This document shows positions 1-11,800 of a DNA stretch of 64,000 nucleotides, in pieces (position 1 is the first letter of the stretch; every line of letters begins with the position of its first letter). The notes under the pieces are model-generated. The model was not told the DNA's origin. It ran no database searches and saw only the letters and a list, made by a program, of their open reading frames with translations. The DNA is from Haliotis rubra (lineage: Eukaryota). Location of the stretch: positions 496,001 to 560,000 of the forward strand of contig NW_025765436.1 in NCBI RefSeq assembly GCF_003918875.1, in the 5' to 3' direction. A program made the translations under genes and the position numbers.

Positions 1-64
1 CATAATATATAAGTTGTCAGGACTAAGTGTGTCATGATTACTGAAAATAGGCCTCCAGTCTTAC

Positions 65-3000
65 CCTGGAGATTTCTTGTTCCGGTGCTCTTCAATAAAC
101 TGCATCTGTAATTACCAAGAAGACATTATCACCCTTATTAAATATCAGAGTAAGTGAATGATACTGCCATGTGATAGCTATGTCATAATGGACATTTGAC
201 CATAGAAAGCACTTGTCAATGTCATGAGCAAAACACATGCATGAGCAATGATACAAAGTATAATAATATAAACAGTGTAGAGCTAAACTGTAAAGAAAAC
301 ATTTTGACAGTTGAATTTAGCTATATAAATTTCATTATTATTATTATTTTATCCAGTAAAAATACACTACCAGACCCATTCCCATGGTTCATGTGATTAC
401 AAATTACCTGCCCTTGATTTTCATAACCATATCACCATCAAACACGGACATTAAGGTAAGGGAATGTCAAACCAAGGTCAGTGTTCTCCAGGTAGAATTT
501 TGCTTAACAGTCAGTATTAAATCAGTTTAAACTTGGTTGCCATGCAATATTTGGGTTTCTTACCAGTTTCTGCTTGAGGGATGGGTTGGCATTTTTAAGG
601 TGATTCTTTTTGTTGTTGTAATCTGCTGACAGCAATCGAACCTTTTCAACCTGTAAATAGAAAACATAATGACCAATAAAATTGTACTCCCCAAACAGTT
701 GACCAATATTCCCTGATACCTGTAACATGAATACACTGTGTGGGTTATATGTATAGTAAACTCAGCAGAAAGTGCATACATGTTATCATCATATTTCAGT
801 ATATATCATGTATTTGTAAACAGTTTTAACAATCGTGTACATTTAGTGACTTCATCTGTATCCAAATTAAAAATATAGTCTCTCACACTCAAGCACATTC
901 AAACATTATTTTTTTCAGACAGAAACAAATATTACAGTCTTTTGCTGGCATTTAGAAATTGGAAGAACATGAAACATTTTATGGTGAACAAGTGTTTCGT
1001 TGTTTTGAATGACTTTTCAGGTTCATTTCATGTCAAAATGCAATCTAAACTTTCACCATCAAATAACTCCACTGCTGGTATCTTCCAAAACAAAATTTAA
1101 CAGATCTTGTGAAGTTTTGAAACCGAAATGCAGTAAAATTAGAGGGGCTCAAGGACAAGGTCGCAGCTGGAGGAACATATATATTATAAGTATGTGTAAT
1201 AATTTCTCATAAACATCATCAAACACATAGTGCTTGTCAGATTCCATGTTGATAAAAGTGGAATTGGGCAACAACTAAATTTTCTGATTTTCAATATGGG
1301 TGTCAGGCTGACGATTGTAAATATATAATGTCTCATTAAAGAAAGTACATACATTTCTACATTTAAACGAAATGAAAATTCATGATCAATAGTTCAATGT
1401 TATTTAAGACTGATTTAAAGGACTATAACATAATTCATGAAACTGCTTCATCCTCGTGATTGTATATTTCGTTTCCAGTTATTTAATTGGTAGAAACTGA
1501 CAACAATAGCTTAACAATCAACTCAAATCATCAACTCACATAGGGTTGGATGTTTCCTGCTTTGATAGCTGCATAGGCCTCGAATCTCAGCTCCTCCGGA
1601 GAGATGTCTTCAAAGTCTAGAGACAAAAAACGAGTACTATAAACATGACAGATCACAAGTTGCACAACAGCAACAACAAGTCGATACCTGCATCATTAGT
1701 TCAGCACCAAGACACCATTTGAAATATTACTGTTTCTTATTCATTATCATTTGAAGTCTCAGATTCATTTGGGGATGAGAGAAGACATTGCTTCATGCAG
1801 CAGTTAGACTACAATGTTGCAGCAATATCACAGAGATGTAAATAATGATAATAATTGATTTCTAAAGTGTCTAGCATCCATCAACAGGTGCTCACTGGCG
1901 CTAAGACAAAGTAAAACCAAATCCATGCACATATATACACACAATCCTGAAAGTCTTGTGGAATCCTGAGTATGTGGAATAATTGGCTGTGTTCTCCACC
2001 AACCAGTGGCCTTGGGTTATCAGTGGGTTTACGGTTATGTTTTACCTCAGGGTGTCCGGGTGTTATGCCCTTCTGACCACTGTTCTTTTCTGGGGATGAT
2101 GTAGCTGAGATGGCTACTCAAAGATAAGCAATTTTAATTCCAAATAGCCTGGTTATATATGATGATGATGATCATCATCATCATCATCATCATGAACCAA
2201 GTCATCAGACCTGACTGGTGACCACCGATCAAATTTAGCCACCTCTTATGCCAAGGACAAGAGTGCTACACACCTGTTCTGAGCCAGGTACACAAAGGCT
2301 TCCTGTAACAATCAGTGCATACTAAGATCTACACAGCGTTCTTAGCATTATGATAATTGTGGTGCTACTAACATTGTAGAATTGGGCCTGGTAATGTATA
2401 GTCTATGATACATGGGTCTTACGCTGTATGGAAACCATGGTTACCTGGGAGGCAAGGGAGATCCTTCTCGGGGGAGATGCAGGAGAAAGGCCATTGTTTG
2501 GATTGCAGCCATACTTCAATCTCAGCCTGGAGAGCATTGCTGGTAGGACCAAAAAACTGAATTGAGTATTTTGCAAAGATACAAACAAATAAATGCAGCA
2601 ACTTTCAAATGGACAATAGCGTATTTACCAGTAATTCACCTTTACAGGACTGTCAAACAGTGATTATCTGTTAGCACCTTTATTCTGAGAGGTTTATTCA
2701 GTAATTTCAACCTGGTAATCTTGTCATCATGAGTATCTAAAGTGTTACATAATATTATGATTCAAAAGTAAACTGCATTGCCTGTAAGATGTGATTTAAG
2801 GTGTGAATCTACTTGCCCTTCTAATATTTTCAATATTAGAATGATAAGATGAAATCTTAAGCAGGTTGGAGTTGTCTGTTCCCATCCAATAGAGACTCAA
2901 TGAAGCTGGTCTTAGTGAAAGTCTCCTTGAGGTTTTAGTTGTCTTCCAATGTTTGACATACGTCCCATCTTTGGATTTATAATCTCAAGACATGAGATAA

Positions 3001-4412
3001 CGATTACACAATGCCATTTAGAAACATATGTTTCCCAAATATAACATATGTTACATCAGATAAAGACATAATTTCATAATAGGCTACATACATAACATCA
3101 GCACTAGCAGTGCTTCCTGTTTGTTGTTTGTTGTCCTGTGCTGTCCACTTGTACTGGCTTGTGTTCTGACTCGACCCAAAACTGTCCCGGAAGGTCACAC
3201 GATTCCCTCCTCCACCTCCCCCACCAAACAGTTGTCGTTGTACTCCTTGATTCTGTCCCCCTGCGAATACAGGAAGTGAGTTTCAAGTTTCATACAGATC
3301 AATTTATTTGTGAGGTGAGGTGAAATTGGGTTTAACGTCGTGCTTGAGAATATTTCGCTCATATGACGACGTGCATGCGTGTGTATGTGTATGTGCGGCT
3401 GCTTGTACTAGCCCAGACTGAAGCTGGTTTTATAGTGCTAGCCCACTGAGATGACATGCCGCAGTGAAGCATGAATACCCCACTCAGACACATTATACTG
3501 ACTCCGAGCCGACCAGTCCTTGTTGTACCCATTAATGTCGAGCGCCAGGCAGGGATCAACAAGTACCATATTTTAACGTCTTTTGGTATGACGCGGTCGG
3601 GGATCGAACCCGCGACCTTCCGCTCTCCGGGCAGACGCTCTAACCACTACACCACGGCGGTCCAATTTATATGTAACTGGAGCAGTGTGTAGGCCTTATG
3701 GTCAAAGTGTTAGCTCATCATGTTAAAGACCTGGGTTCTTTTCTCCACATGGGTACAACGTGTGAAACCCATTTATGGTGCCCCCAACTATGAGATCGAC
3801 GGAATACTGTTAAACACAGTATAAAATCCATCTTACTCAGGAAAAAAACACACACAAAATTTCCAGAGTAGTTTTTACTAAAAGTGATCCGAACTTTTTC
3901 AGTAATGGCAGAAGAGTAAAATTTGGTTTTATGCAGATTTCAACAGTATTTCAGGTTTGGCAATACTTGTGTCATATAGATAAACAGAAATATATTGGAC
4001 ACTTTGATAGAAAAGTATGTTCTCTCTTTCAGTTATTAATGTGATTTTAAACATTGAGATGGTGCGTATATAAAGGTAAGTGTAAAATACATTGAGAAAC
4101 CAATGTTCAACATTATTATCCAAACATTGTGTAGATTTTAAAAATGTAAATGACTCAGATTCTAAGATAGATTCCTCATTCACATTTATGCAACGTAAAA
4201 TCAGACTATCAATATAAACATAAAACCGATAAAACATGGAACGTGGTGATACTTATTGATGCTGAGACATATATTATGCAACGCATATATCAGAACATGA
4301 AACTGATCGAAAACTGAACAAAGTAATGTTTAATCTTACCCCTTGGATGTTCAAATCTACATTTGTCGCCGAATTTACACCTTCCTTCCAAAAAGAATTT
4401 GCAGACAGACAT
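65..4412 (-). CDS. NUP42: Nucleoporin NUP42/NUPL2 (CG1) homologue, 5' part; gene continues beyond the left edge
   Basis: Coding exons (minus): 4340-4412, 3092-3260, 2445-2539, 1540-1616, 564-650, 65-105, all GT-AG and phase-consistent. Protein begins MSVCKFFLEGRCKFGDKCRFEHPRG (N-terminal CCCH finger), then a Gly-rich linker, EIEVWLQSKQWPFSCISP and DFEDISPEELRFEAY, matching the diagnostic NUPL2 W..S.QW.FS and DISPEELR motifs. Confidence 0.92.
3311..3661 (-). mobile_element. tRNA-headed SINE, RUDI/Meta-type
   Basis: Minus strand reads GCCGTGGTGTAGTGGTTAGAGCG (A box) ... GGTTCGATCCC (B box), then GTCATACCAAAAGACGTTAAAATATGGTACTTG, the GTCAGTATAATGTGTCTGAGTGG core and a (CCTCA)n tail. Second copy at 15610-15908. 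Confidence 0.8.
3686..3840 (+). mobile_element. Decayed copy of the short tRNA-derived SINE (family A)
   Basis: Diverged match to family A: GACCTGGGTTC..CCACATGGGTACAACGTGTGAAACCCATTT. Confidence 0.65.
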
Positions 4413-4837
4413 TTTCACTGCAGTTATGGAAACTACGGATTCTCTGACATCAAATAAACTAAATGGACATGTGCATGTTTACAAAACACTTTCAGTTTCA
4501 GTTTCACACCAGTTAGTACTTTAGAGTTACCTGCCCTTGAATCCTCGGGCCCTGTGAAGGTTGAACGAAGGAAATTCACTCTTGGATGAAATGCCTTTCG
4601 ATTTTTCTTTTAATGACATGGAAAATTGTTAAATTCTTTGATGGTCTTTTGTTATGAAAAGAATCACATTAGGGGTTCACATAAGTCCAATGACGCAGTT
4701 TGTATAAACAGAATTAAGCTGATACATACGGCACTTTTAAAATTCTTGACAGAACAGAACTGAAAACGGGTCTGACAAGTATATCTCCTTCAATCAGTTT
4801 AAATGTACCAAGTACTGGTATCTTTTTTGAGTAGTTT

Positions 4838-5000
4838 GAGTGAATGAGTGAGTTTAGCTTTAGGCCGCTTTTAGCAATAATCCAGCAATATCACGGCGGG
4901 GGACACCAGAAATGGGCTTCACACACATATGGGGAATCGAACCCGGGTCCTTGGCGTGGTGAGCGAACGCTTTAACCACTAGGCCCCCCCCCACCGCCCC
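4838..5000 (-). mobile_element. Short tRNA(Asp-like)-derived SINE, family A
   Basis: About 160-bp element GGGGCGGTGGGGTAGCCTAGTGGTTAAAGCGTTCGCT..GACCCGGGTTCGATTCCCCA..AATATTGCTAAAAGCGGCGTAAA + (ACTC)n tail; about 16 copies in the window. Confidence 0.85.
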
Positions 5001-5637
5001 TTTAAGTAGTTTGAATGGTTTATTCCTTTGCAGTATGTTCGAGTTACACATGTACAGAATGCCATTTGTGCTGATATTTTAGGATTTGTTGACTCAGCCA
5101 ACCTCATTCTGAACTGAATTCTTTCTTTTTTCTCCAGAATAACACAATTTTAATATCAAGATGCCACACACAAAATTATTTTTGGGGATGATATATACTA
5201 ATTATAGTCATTAACAACGCCAATAGTTCCTTAGTTCTAGCCATTTTCCCACATAACAAATCTACTCTTATACTTTGAGCAAAAAGATTTTTATTGCCTT
5301 CGTCTGACTCTGTCCGAAAAGATATGTTCAGACAAATATACAAAAAATGGCCCAAGAGAATGTATAATGGGTACAGCTACCTAAAGTCAGGCCAGTTTGG
5401 TTCACCATGACCATGAGCACACAGACTGGCTCACGTGTAAAACGATAACCTTATTCCCCATGACAGCAGTGGAAGTAATTACTCGTCACCACAGAAATAC
5501 ATTTCAGAGAGTTAAGATTTAACGTCGCATCGGCTTTGTTTCAGCTATATAGCGAAGAGAACAAGTTTTGTGTGCACATATGAATCATGAATTCACGGTC
5601 AGATTCAAAAGAAATTTGTCAAAGACATTTAAAAACT

Positions 5638-5920
5638 ACCCGTGAAGATCCGGGTTAGAATTGGTCGTAAGAGGCGACTAACGGGATCGAGTTGTCAGGC
5701 ACGCTGACTTGGTTGACACATGCCATCGTATCCCAATTACGTAGATCGATGCTCACGCTGTTGATCACTTGAGTGTCTGGTCCAGACTCGATTAATTACA
5801 GACCGCCGCCATATAGTTTGTATATTGCTGAGTGCAGACTCGATTAATTTACAGACCACACAGCCGCCATATAGTTTGGATATTGCCCGCCCACACGAGT
5901 GCTGTGGTTTAACAACAAAC
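5638..5920 (+). mobile_element. V-domain-type SINE (family B), 5'-truncated
   Basis: CCCGTGAAGATCCGGGTTAGAATTGGTC..GTAAGAGGCGACTAACGGGATC..TGGTCCAGACTCGATT..AATATTGCTGAGTGC + (AAAC)n tail. Further copies or fragments near 25000-25135, 26470-26590, 40570-40770, 47343-47430, 50523-50610, 56175-56437 and 58549-58791. Confidence 0.75.
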
Positions 5921-6159
5921 GAAAGAACGTTTTAACATTACAATTGGTGGTTACACGAAGTACCAGCAAATATAATATCTTATCCTAATATCCCATTATG
6001 GCAGGAATTACAAGTCACACAGGGGGACAATTATTTATTAGAGTACTTCAAGATCATAGACAGTGTAGAGTGCCTCATATTTATAATTTATGACAGGCCA
6101 GTTTCTCTCAAGTGGTTTATAATTTGATGCCCCCTCACACGGGTAAACAGATCTTTCCG

Positions 6160-6720
6160 TTTACTGCTTGGTGATAAGAATCCCTTGCGATTGCAAACTT
6201 CACACAATCAAGCAAAATATGCGATATGGTGAACATGTCATCCCAAGGATACACGCAGGAGGTTCGCCCTCCATTTGTTTTCAGATGTTCTTGAATGTGT
6301 AAACCGACCGTGGTTAATACAACATCGTCACGTCTTTACTGACAACCCAAGTATGTATGACCAATTGTTGGTCATAATTCGTGAAGTCTGGTTCTTACCT
6401 GGGTGTCCTACTCTCTTGTGCATAAAAGCCCGTGTATAAATCTTGATAGTGGATTTGAAATGGCTTTCACAAGGAATGGAGATAATGGTTTGTGTTAGGG
6501 TTGCCTTAGCTGCAACATCGACTTTTGTGTTCCTTTCTATGCCCACAAAACTTGGTTGCCAGCAAAAGCCGCGGTCATACTGGTCATGTGAGGTTCAAGG
6601 TTCACTGAAACATCTTACGAAGACAAAGGTACACAATCCACAACAATTCAGTAAGAACCGTATCTACCAGTTCGTCATTTGTTTATCACGAGGGTGAACG
6701 CGTTATCAATCTGGCAGGTT
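6160..6720 (-). mobile_element. Degenerate 3' fragment of an RNase H-containing LINE (I/Nimb-like clade)
   Basis: Broken minus-strand translation gives FCW..(V)GIERNTKVDVAAK (RNase H W.PSH.GI.GNE.AD.AAK motif) and EPPACIPWDDMFTISHILLDC (C-terminal CCHC region), with frameshifts. Confidence 0.7.
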
Positions 6721-6784
6721 TGTGTCCGAGTCAGAATCACATTAGACACATTCTTCAACCAATCATTTATAATCATGTACGAGT

Positions 6785-7110
6785 ACTCCAGTGGAATGGT
6801 GGAATCAGGAATCCAGGGAGTTAACTTGGTCTCGTGCTGTTTTTGACACTACTCCAGTGGAATGGTGGAATCAGGAATCCAGGGAGTTAACTTGGTCTCG
6901 TGCTGTTTTTGACACTACTCCAGTGGAATGGTGGAATCAGGAATCCAGGGAGGGAACTTGGTCTCGTGCTGTTTTTGCCACTACTGAAGTGGAATGGTGG
7001 AATCAGGAATCCAGGGTGTTAATTTGGTCTCGTGCTGTTTTTGCCACTACTGAAGTGGAATGGTGGAATCAGGAATACAGGGAGGGAGTTGGATCTCATA
7101 CTGTTTCTGT
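6785..7110. repeat. 66-bp tandem repeat, about 5 copies
   Basis: Unit ACTCCAGTGGAATGGTGGAATCAGGAATCCAGGGAGTTAACTTGGTCTCGTGCTGTTTTTGACACT starting at 6785, 6851, 6917 and onward. Confidence 0.95.
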
Positions 7111-8267
7111 TACTTCAGTTACACATCATGTCCTGTCAGGTGGGATGGATGAAAGCAAAAGAACCATGACACATTCTGTTGCTAGTTCTATATGGAACAG
7201 AATTTCTGGAAGGCGATAGGTGTCACACTAATTACTGGATAACACTTTTACTGCTGCTGGGAGATCCTGAAAGATAGACACCTCTCTTGCATTATCCTAT
7301 GACTGGGCTCACTCTGGGAAATATGTTGAATTATCTGATTTTAACTGCAGAGACAAACAGTCATATGTCCAAGTTCATAACACATATTACTCCAGTACAA
7401 TACCTTGTGTGAAGAAGGACACCTGAACTATTCATCTAATCTGCCAATCAACATCAAGGCTTTTAAATTGTTGGTTCATGATGGTTCTCTGCACATGGAG
7501 GCAACCACACCCAAAAGGAAGCAACACAGATGAAGCATTGGAGGTGTGTTTTCATTTGTATAAATCAAAATCTTCACATGAAGCTAAAAAATCATTTTAG
7601 AAAGCTGACACCCAATAAGCTCAAGATTGGCCCCTTCATTCAGATGGGGTGTCCAAGTCTGCTGAGTGTTCTCCTATGTGACCTGCTATGGAGATGTCTC
7701 TAATCTCCATTCAAAATGGTACTGATTTGAGTGAAAGGTCTGAATACACACCTGTCCACTCAAGGTCTAACCAGTTCGTCGCCTGAAAACCAGAGTGTTC
7801 TAAGTCCACTTTTGACAAAATTAGAGTTAGTATGCTCAAGGTAGGTTTTAGAGCATAACTGGTTTACTCTAATAAACTTTGTACTAGTGCTATCTACCTT
7901 TGAAAGTGTTTTTATCAAACACAAATTTTGTCCTATCTCCATGAAAATCACATGTCTGTTAATTTTCCAGTGTTCTAAGTTGTCAATTGACCAATGAGCA
8001 AGCACAATTGTCAACAAACACCAATATGGCTCATAACAGACCAATCATCTGGTTAGAACAGTATTTTATTGTTATCAAGACATAGCTGTACATAGTATTC
8101 AGTTCACATATGTACAAATGCACAAAACACTGAAAACCAATATAAACACCACTGTCAGCAATTGATGTGGTTGGAAAAGAAGGTCTAATAAGGAGCCCTG
8201 TCACCACCCTTGTGTGAAATAATTAGAGAATATCTAACAAGTTACCAGGAATTGTGGGTCATACATT

Positions 8268-8425
8268 TCTGAGTTCAGTTTTACGCCGCTTTTAGCAATA
8301 TTCCAGCAATATCACAGCGGGGGACACCTGGAATGGGCTTCAAACACTGTACCCATGTGGTGAATCAAACCCGGTCTTCAGCGTGACGAGCAATTGCTTT
8401 AACCACTAGGCTATCCCACCGCCCC
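8268..8425 (-). mobile_element. SINE family A
   Basis: Full-length match; flanked by the near-direct repeat ATACATYTCTGAGT. Confidence 0.85.
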
Positions 8426-8836
8426 ATAGATACATCTCTGAGTGAATGAAAAGTGTAAGCCCCAAGTCTTTGCAAGCATGTCAAGGGAATAATGAGAAAG
8501 TTAGTTCATTTGGGTTGTTGTTTTTATTCACTACTGGCACTTAATAAGCAGTGATCAGGATAAATTATTACATTTCATGACAAATGTTTGGAAGAGCATA
8601 AAAAATAACTGAGATTAAAACATCCCAACAACAAATATAACAAATGTCAATACATGCATATTTACAATTGAGGATAATTGTTGTTGTTTTCCAATATTCA
8701 AAATTTCTTCCCTTAACTTGAAAACAAAATATCCAAAAATTTCAATCAAATGAATCCTATAAGTCATGGTAGGTTTTGTTATGTGCCATAATCAATAGAC
8801 AGTTTCTCTCCTCGCCACACTGCATCACTGACAGAT

Positions 8837-11800
8837 TTATTCCATCATGTCTGCCCCATCTTCCCCGGTTGCATCCTCAGCAATGTGGAGATCCTCGAGC
8901 ATCTCCTGCAGTGAGATCTGCGGCACACCCTCATCATCCGTGTCGTCCGTGTCAACAGCCAGCTTGTTCCGGTCTGAAGAAACATGCAAGGGTAAAGTAT
9001 ATACCAGTCGAGTCAGCATCTTTCTCAGTAACAGAGCTCATCTTGATGGGTACAACTAACTTGAGATTATCCTACAGTGGTGCTATGGTAACTAATGCTT
9101 ATATGATGCTGGTTTGATAAGGTTTGTAATCATCCGAGAACCTACTTGTTCTGTCAGTTCGACCTTGATATATTCCCCTATCAATACTTATAGTCAACGC
9201 ATACCAGCAGCTTGAAGGTATCTGCTGATATGGTATTGCATTAACAGTAACTCAAATTGCAGTGAATCAGGAATGTTTTACATAACATACTAAATCAGTT
9301 TACAGGCCGATATGAAGCAGTGCAACAAAGCATCACTGACTATAGGATAAGGAAGGACAGACACAATGTACCACATTAGTCCAAGCTGCATGGGGAGACT
9401 CACCTAGGTAAATGTTGACATTTTGTCTGACAGAGGGATCTTCCTCCAGATCTTCAAGGAACTCATTGTAGTCCCTGCAGAGAGAACAATGTATTGTAAC
9501 ACTAACCATCACACACTGGAGGCTGCACCACGGACACAAGCCAGTTACAACACTTTGTTACATAGTTTACAACACAAATCATAAAACAATATATCAACAT
9601 TAAAAATAAATGCTCAGTCATTAAATTGAATTGTTCCTTACTTTCTCCATGGGCAACAGTACTAATCTATGAGAGATTTCTGCAGCTCTCTAAGATGGAG
9701 CAGATTTACATCCAGTATGCCCAGATCTCCATTACCTTTCTGTGCTTGCTGTTTCCATGGCAGCATTGTCACTCAGGTGCTTTAGTTTCCACTTCCTCTT
9801 CCTGATTCTCTTTGAAGAGTCAAACACCTTCTTAACCACGATCTGAAAACAACACAAAGCGTAACAGCTTCTACACAAGACATTGGATGGACACTGGTGT
9901 TCATGCTCCATATACTATCATTACGTGAGACAGGAATTAAACCCAGAACTTTATGATCAGTAGTAGTCAGGCACTCTGGCCACTGGACTACAGAAATGGT
10001 TGAAGATAGGTGGTTCCATAAGAGCTGTACTTAAGGCTGTTTTAACATACTTTTGTACGAAATATTAAACATGTATCAATAAATGTTGTTTCCACTGTTA
10101 AAAGGTCGACAAAAATCTCCTTCTGGGTTATGGGTTAACTGAGGGTGCTATCCTTGTAAGTCTAAACAGGTAAAACATGTTTTCATACCGGTTTCACTCA
10201 CATTCCCTTCCACTCCTCCTCCCCTCTCGCCCACACTTAGGTCTTGAGACAGTTTCCCAGTCTTATGTCATGAGATCATGCCCCTGTCCACAGTTTCCCA
10301 GTCTTATGTCATGAGATCATGCCCCTGTCCACAGTTTCCCAGTCTTATGTCATGAGATCACTCTCCTGCCCACAGTTTCCCAGCCTTATGTCATGAGATC
10401 ATTCTCCTGCACGCAGTTTCCCAGCCTTATGTCATGAGATCACGCCCCTGTCTAGTTTCCCAGCCTTATGTCATGAGATCACTCTCCTGCCCACAGTTTC
10501 CCAGGCTTATGTCATGAGATCACGCCCCTGTCCACAGTTTTTCCCAGTCTTATGTCATGAGATCACTCCCCTGTCCACAGTTTCCCAGCCTTATGTCATG
10601 AGATCACGCCCCTGTCCACAGTTTCCCAGTCTTGTCATGAGATCACACCCCTGTCCACAGTTTCCCAGTCTTGTCATGAGATCACTCTCTTCCCACAGTT
10701 TCCCAGCCTTATGTCATGAAATCACTCCCCTGTCCACAGTTTCCCAGTCTTGTCATGAGATCACTCTCCTGCCCACAGTTTCCCAGGCTGATGTCATGAG
10801 ATCACGCCCCTGTCCACAGTTTTTTCCAGTCTTATGTCATGAGATCACGCCCCTGTCCACAGTTTCCCAGTCTTATGTCATGAGATCACGCCCCTGTCCA
10901 CAGTTTCCCAGCCTTATGTCATGAGATCACGCCCCTGTCCACAGTTTCCCAGCCTTATGTCATGAGATCACTCTCTTCCCCACAGTTTCCCAGCCTTATG
11001 TCATGAAATCACTCCCCTGTCCACAGTTTCCCAGTCTTGTCATGAGATCATTCTCCTGCACACAGTTTCCCAGGCTTGTGTCATGAGATCACTCTCCTGC
11101 ACACAGTTTCCCAGTCTTATGTCATGAGATCATTCTCCTGTCCACAGTTTCCCAGTCTTGTCATGAGATCACTCTCCTGCCCAGTTTCCCAGGCTTATGT
11201 CCACAGCTTTTTTCCAGTCTTATGTCATGAGATCACGCCCCTGTCCACAGTTTCCCAGCCTTATGTCATGAGATCATGCCCCTGTCCACAGTTTCCCAGC
11301 CTTATGTCATAAGATCACTCTCTTCCCCAGTTTCCCAGCCTTATGTCATGAGATCACACCCCTGTCCACAGTTTCCCAGTCTTGTCATGAGATCACTCTC
11401 TTCCCCCCAGTTTCCCAGCCTTATGTCATGAAATCACTCCCCTGTCCACAGTTTCCCAGTCTTGTCATGAGATCACTCTCCTGCCCACAGTTTCCCAGGC
11501 TTATGTCATGAGATCACGCCCCTGTCCACAGTTTTTTCCAGTCTTATGTCATGAGATCACTTCCCTGTCCACAGTTTCCCAGTCTTATGTCATGAGATCA
11601 CTCTGTCCACAGTTTCCCAGCCTTATGTCATGAGATCACTCTGTCCACAGTTTCCCAGCCTTATGTCATGAGATCACTTATCTTCCCCACAGTTTCCCAG
11701 CCTTATGTCATGAAATCACTCCCCTGTCCACAGTTTCCCAGTCTTGTCATGAGATCATTCTCCTGCACACAGTTTCCCAGGCTTATGTCATGAGATCACT

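Noticed and set aside
6791-7219. 142-aa plus-strand ORF with EWWNQESRE repeats
   Set aside because: Open only because the 66-bp unit lacks stops in that frame; GTG start, no splice or promoter support.
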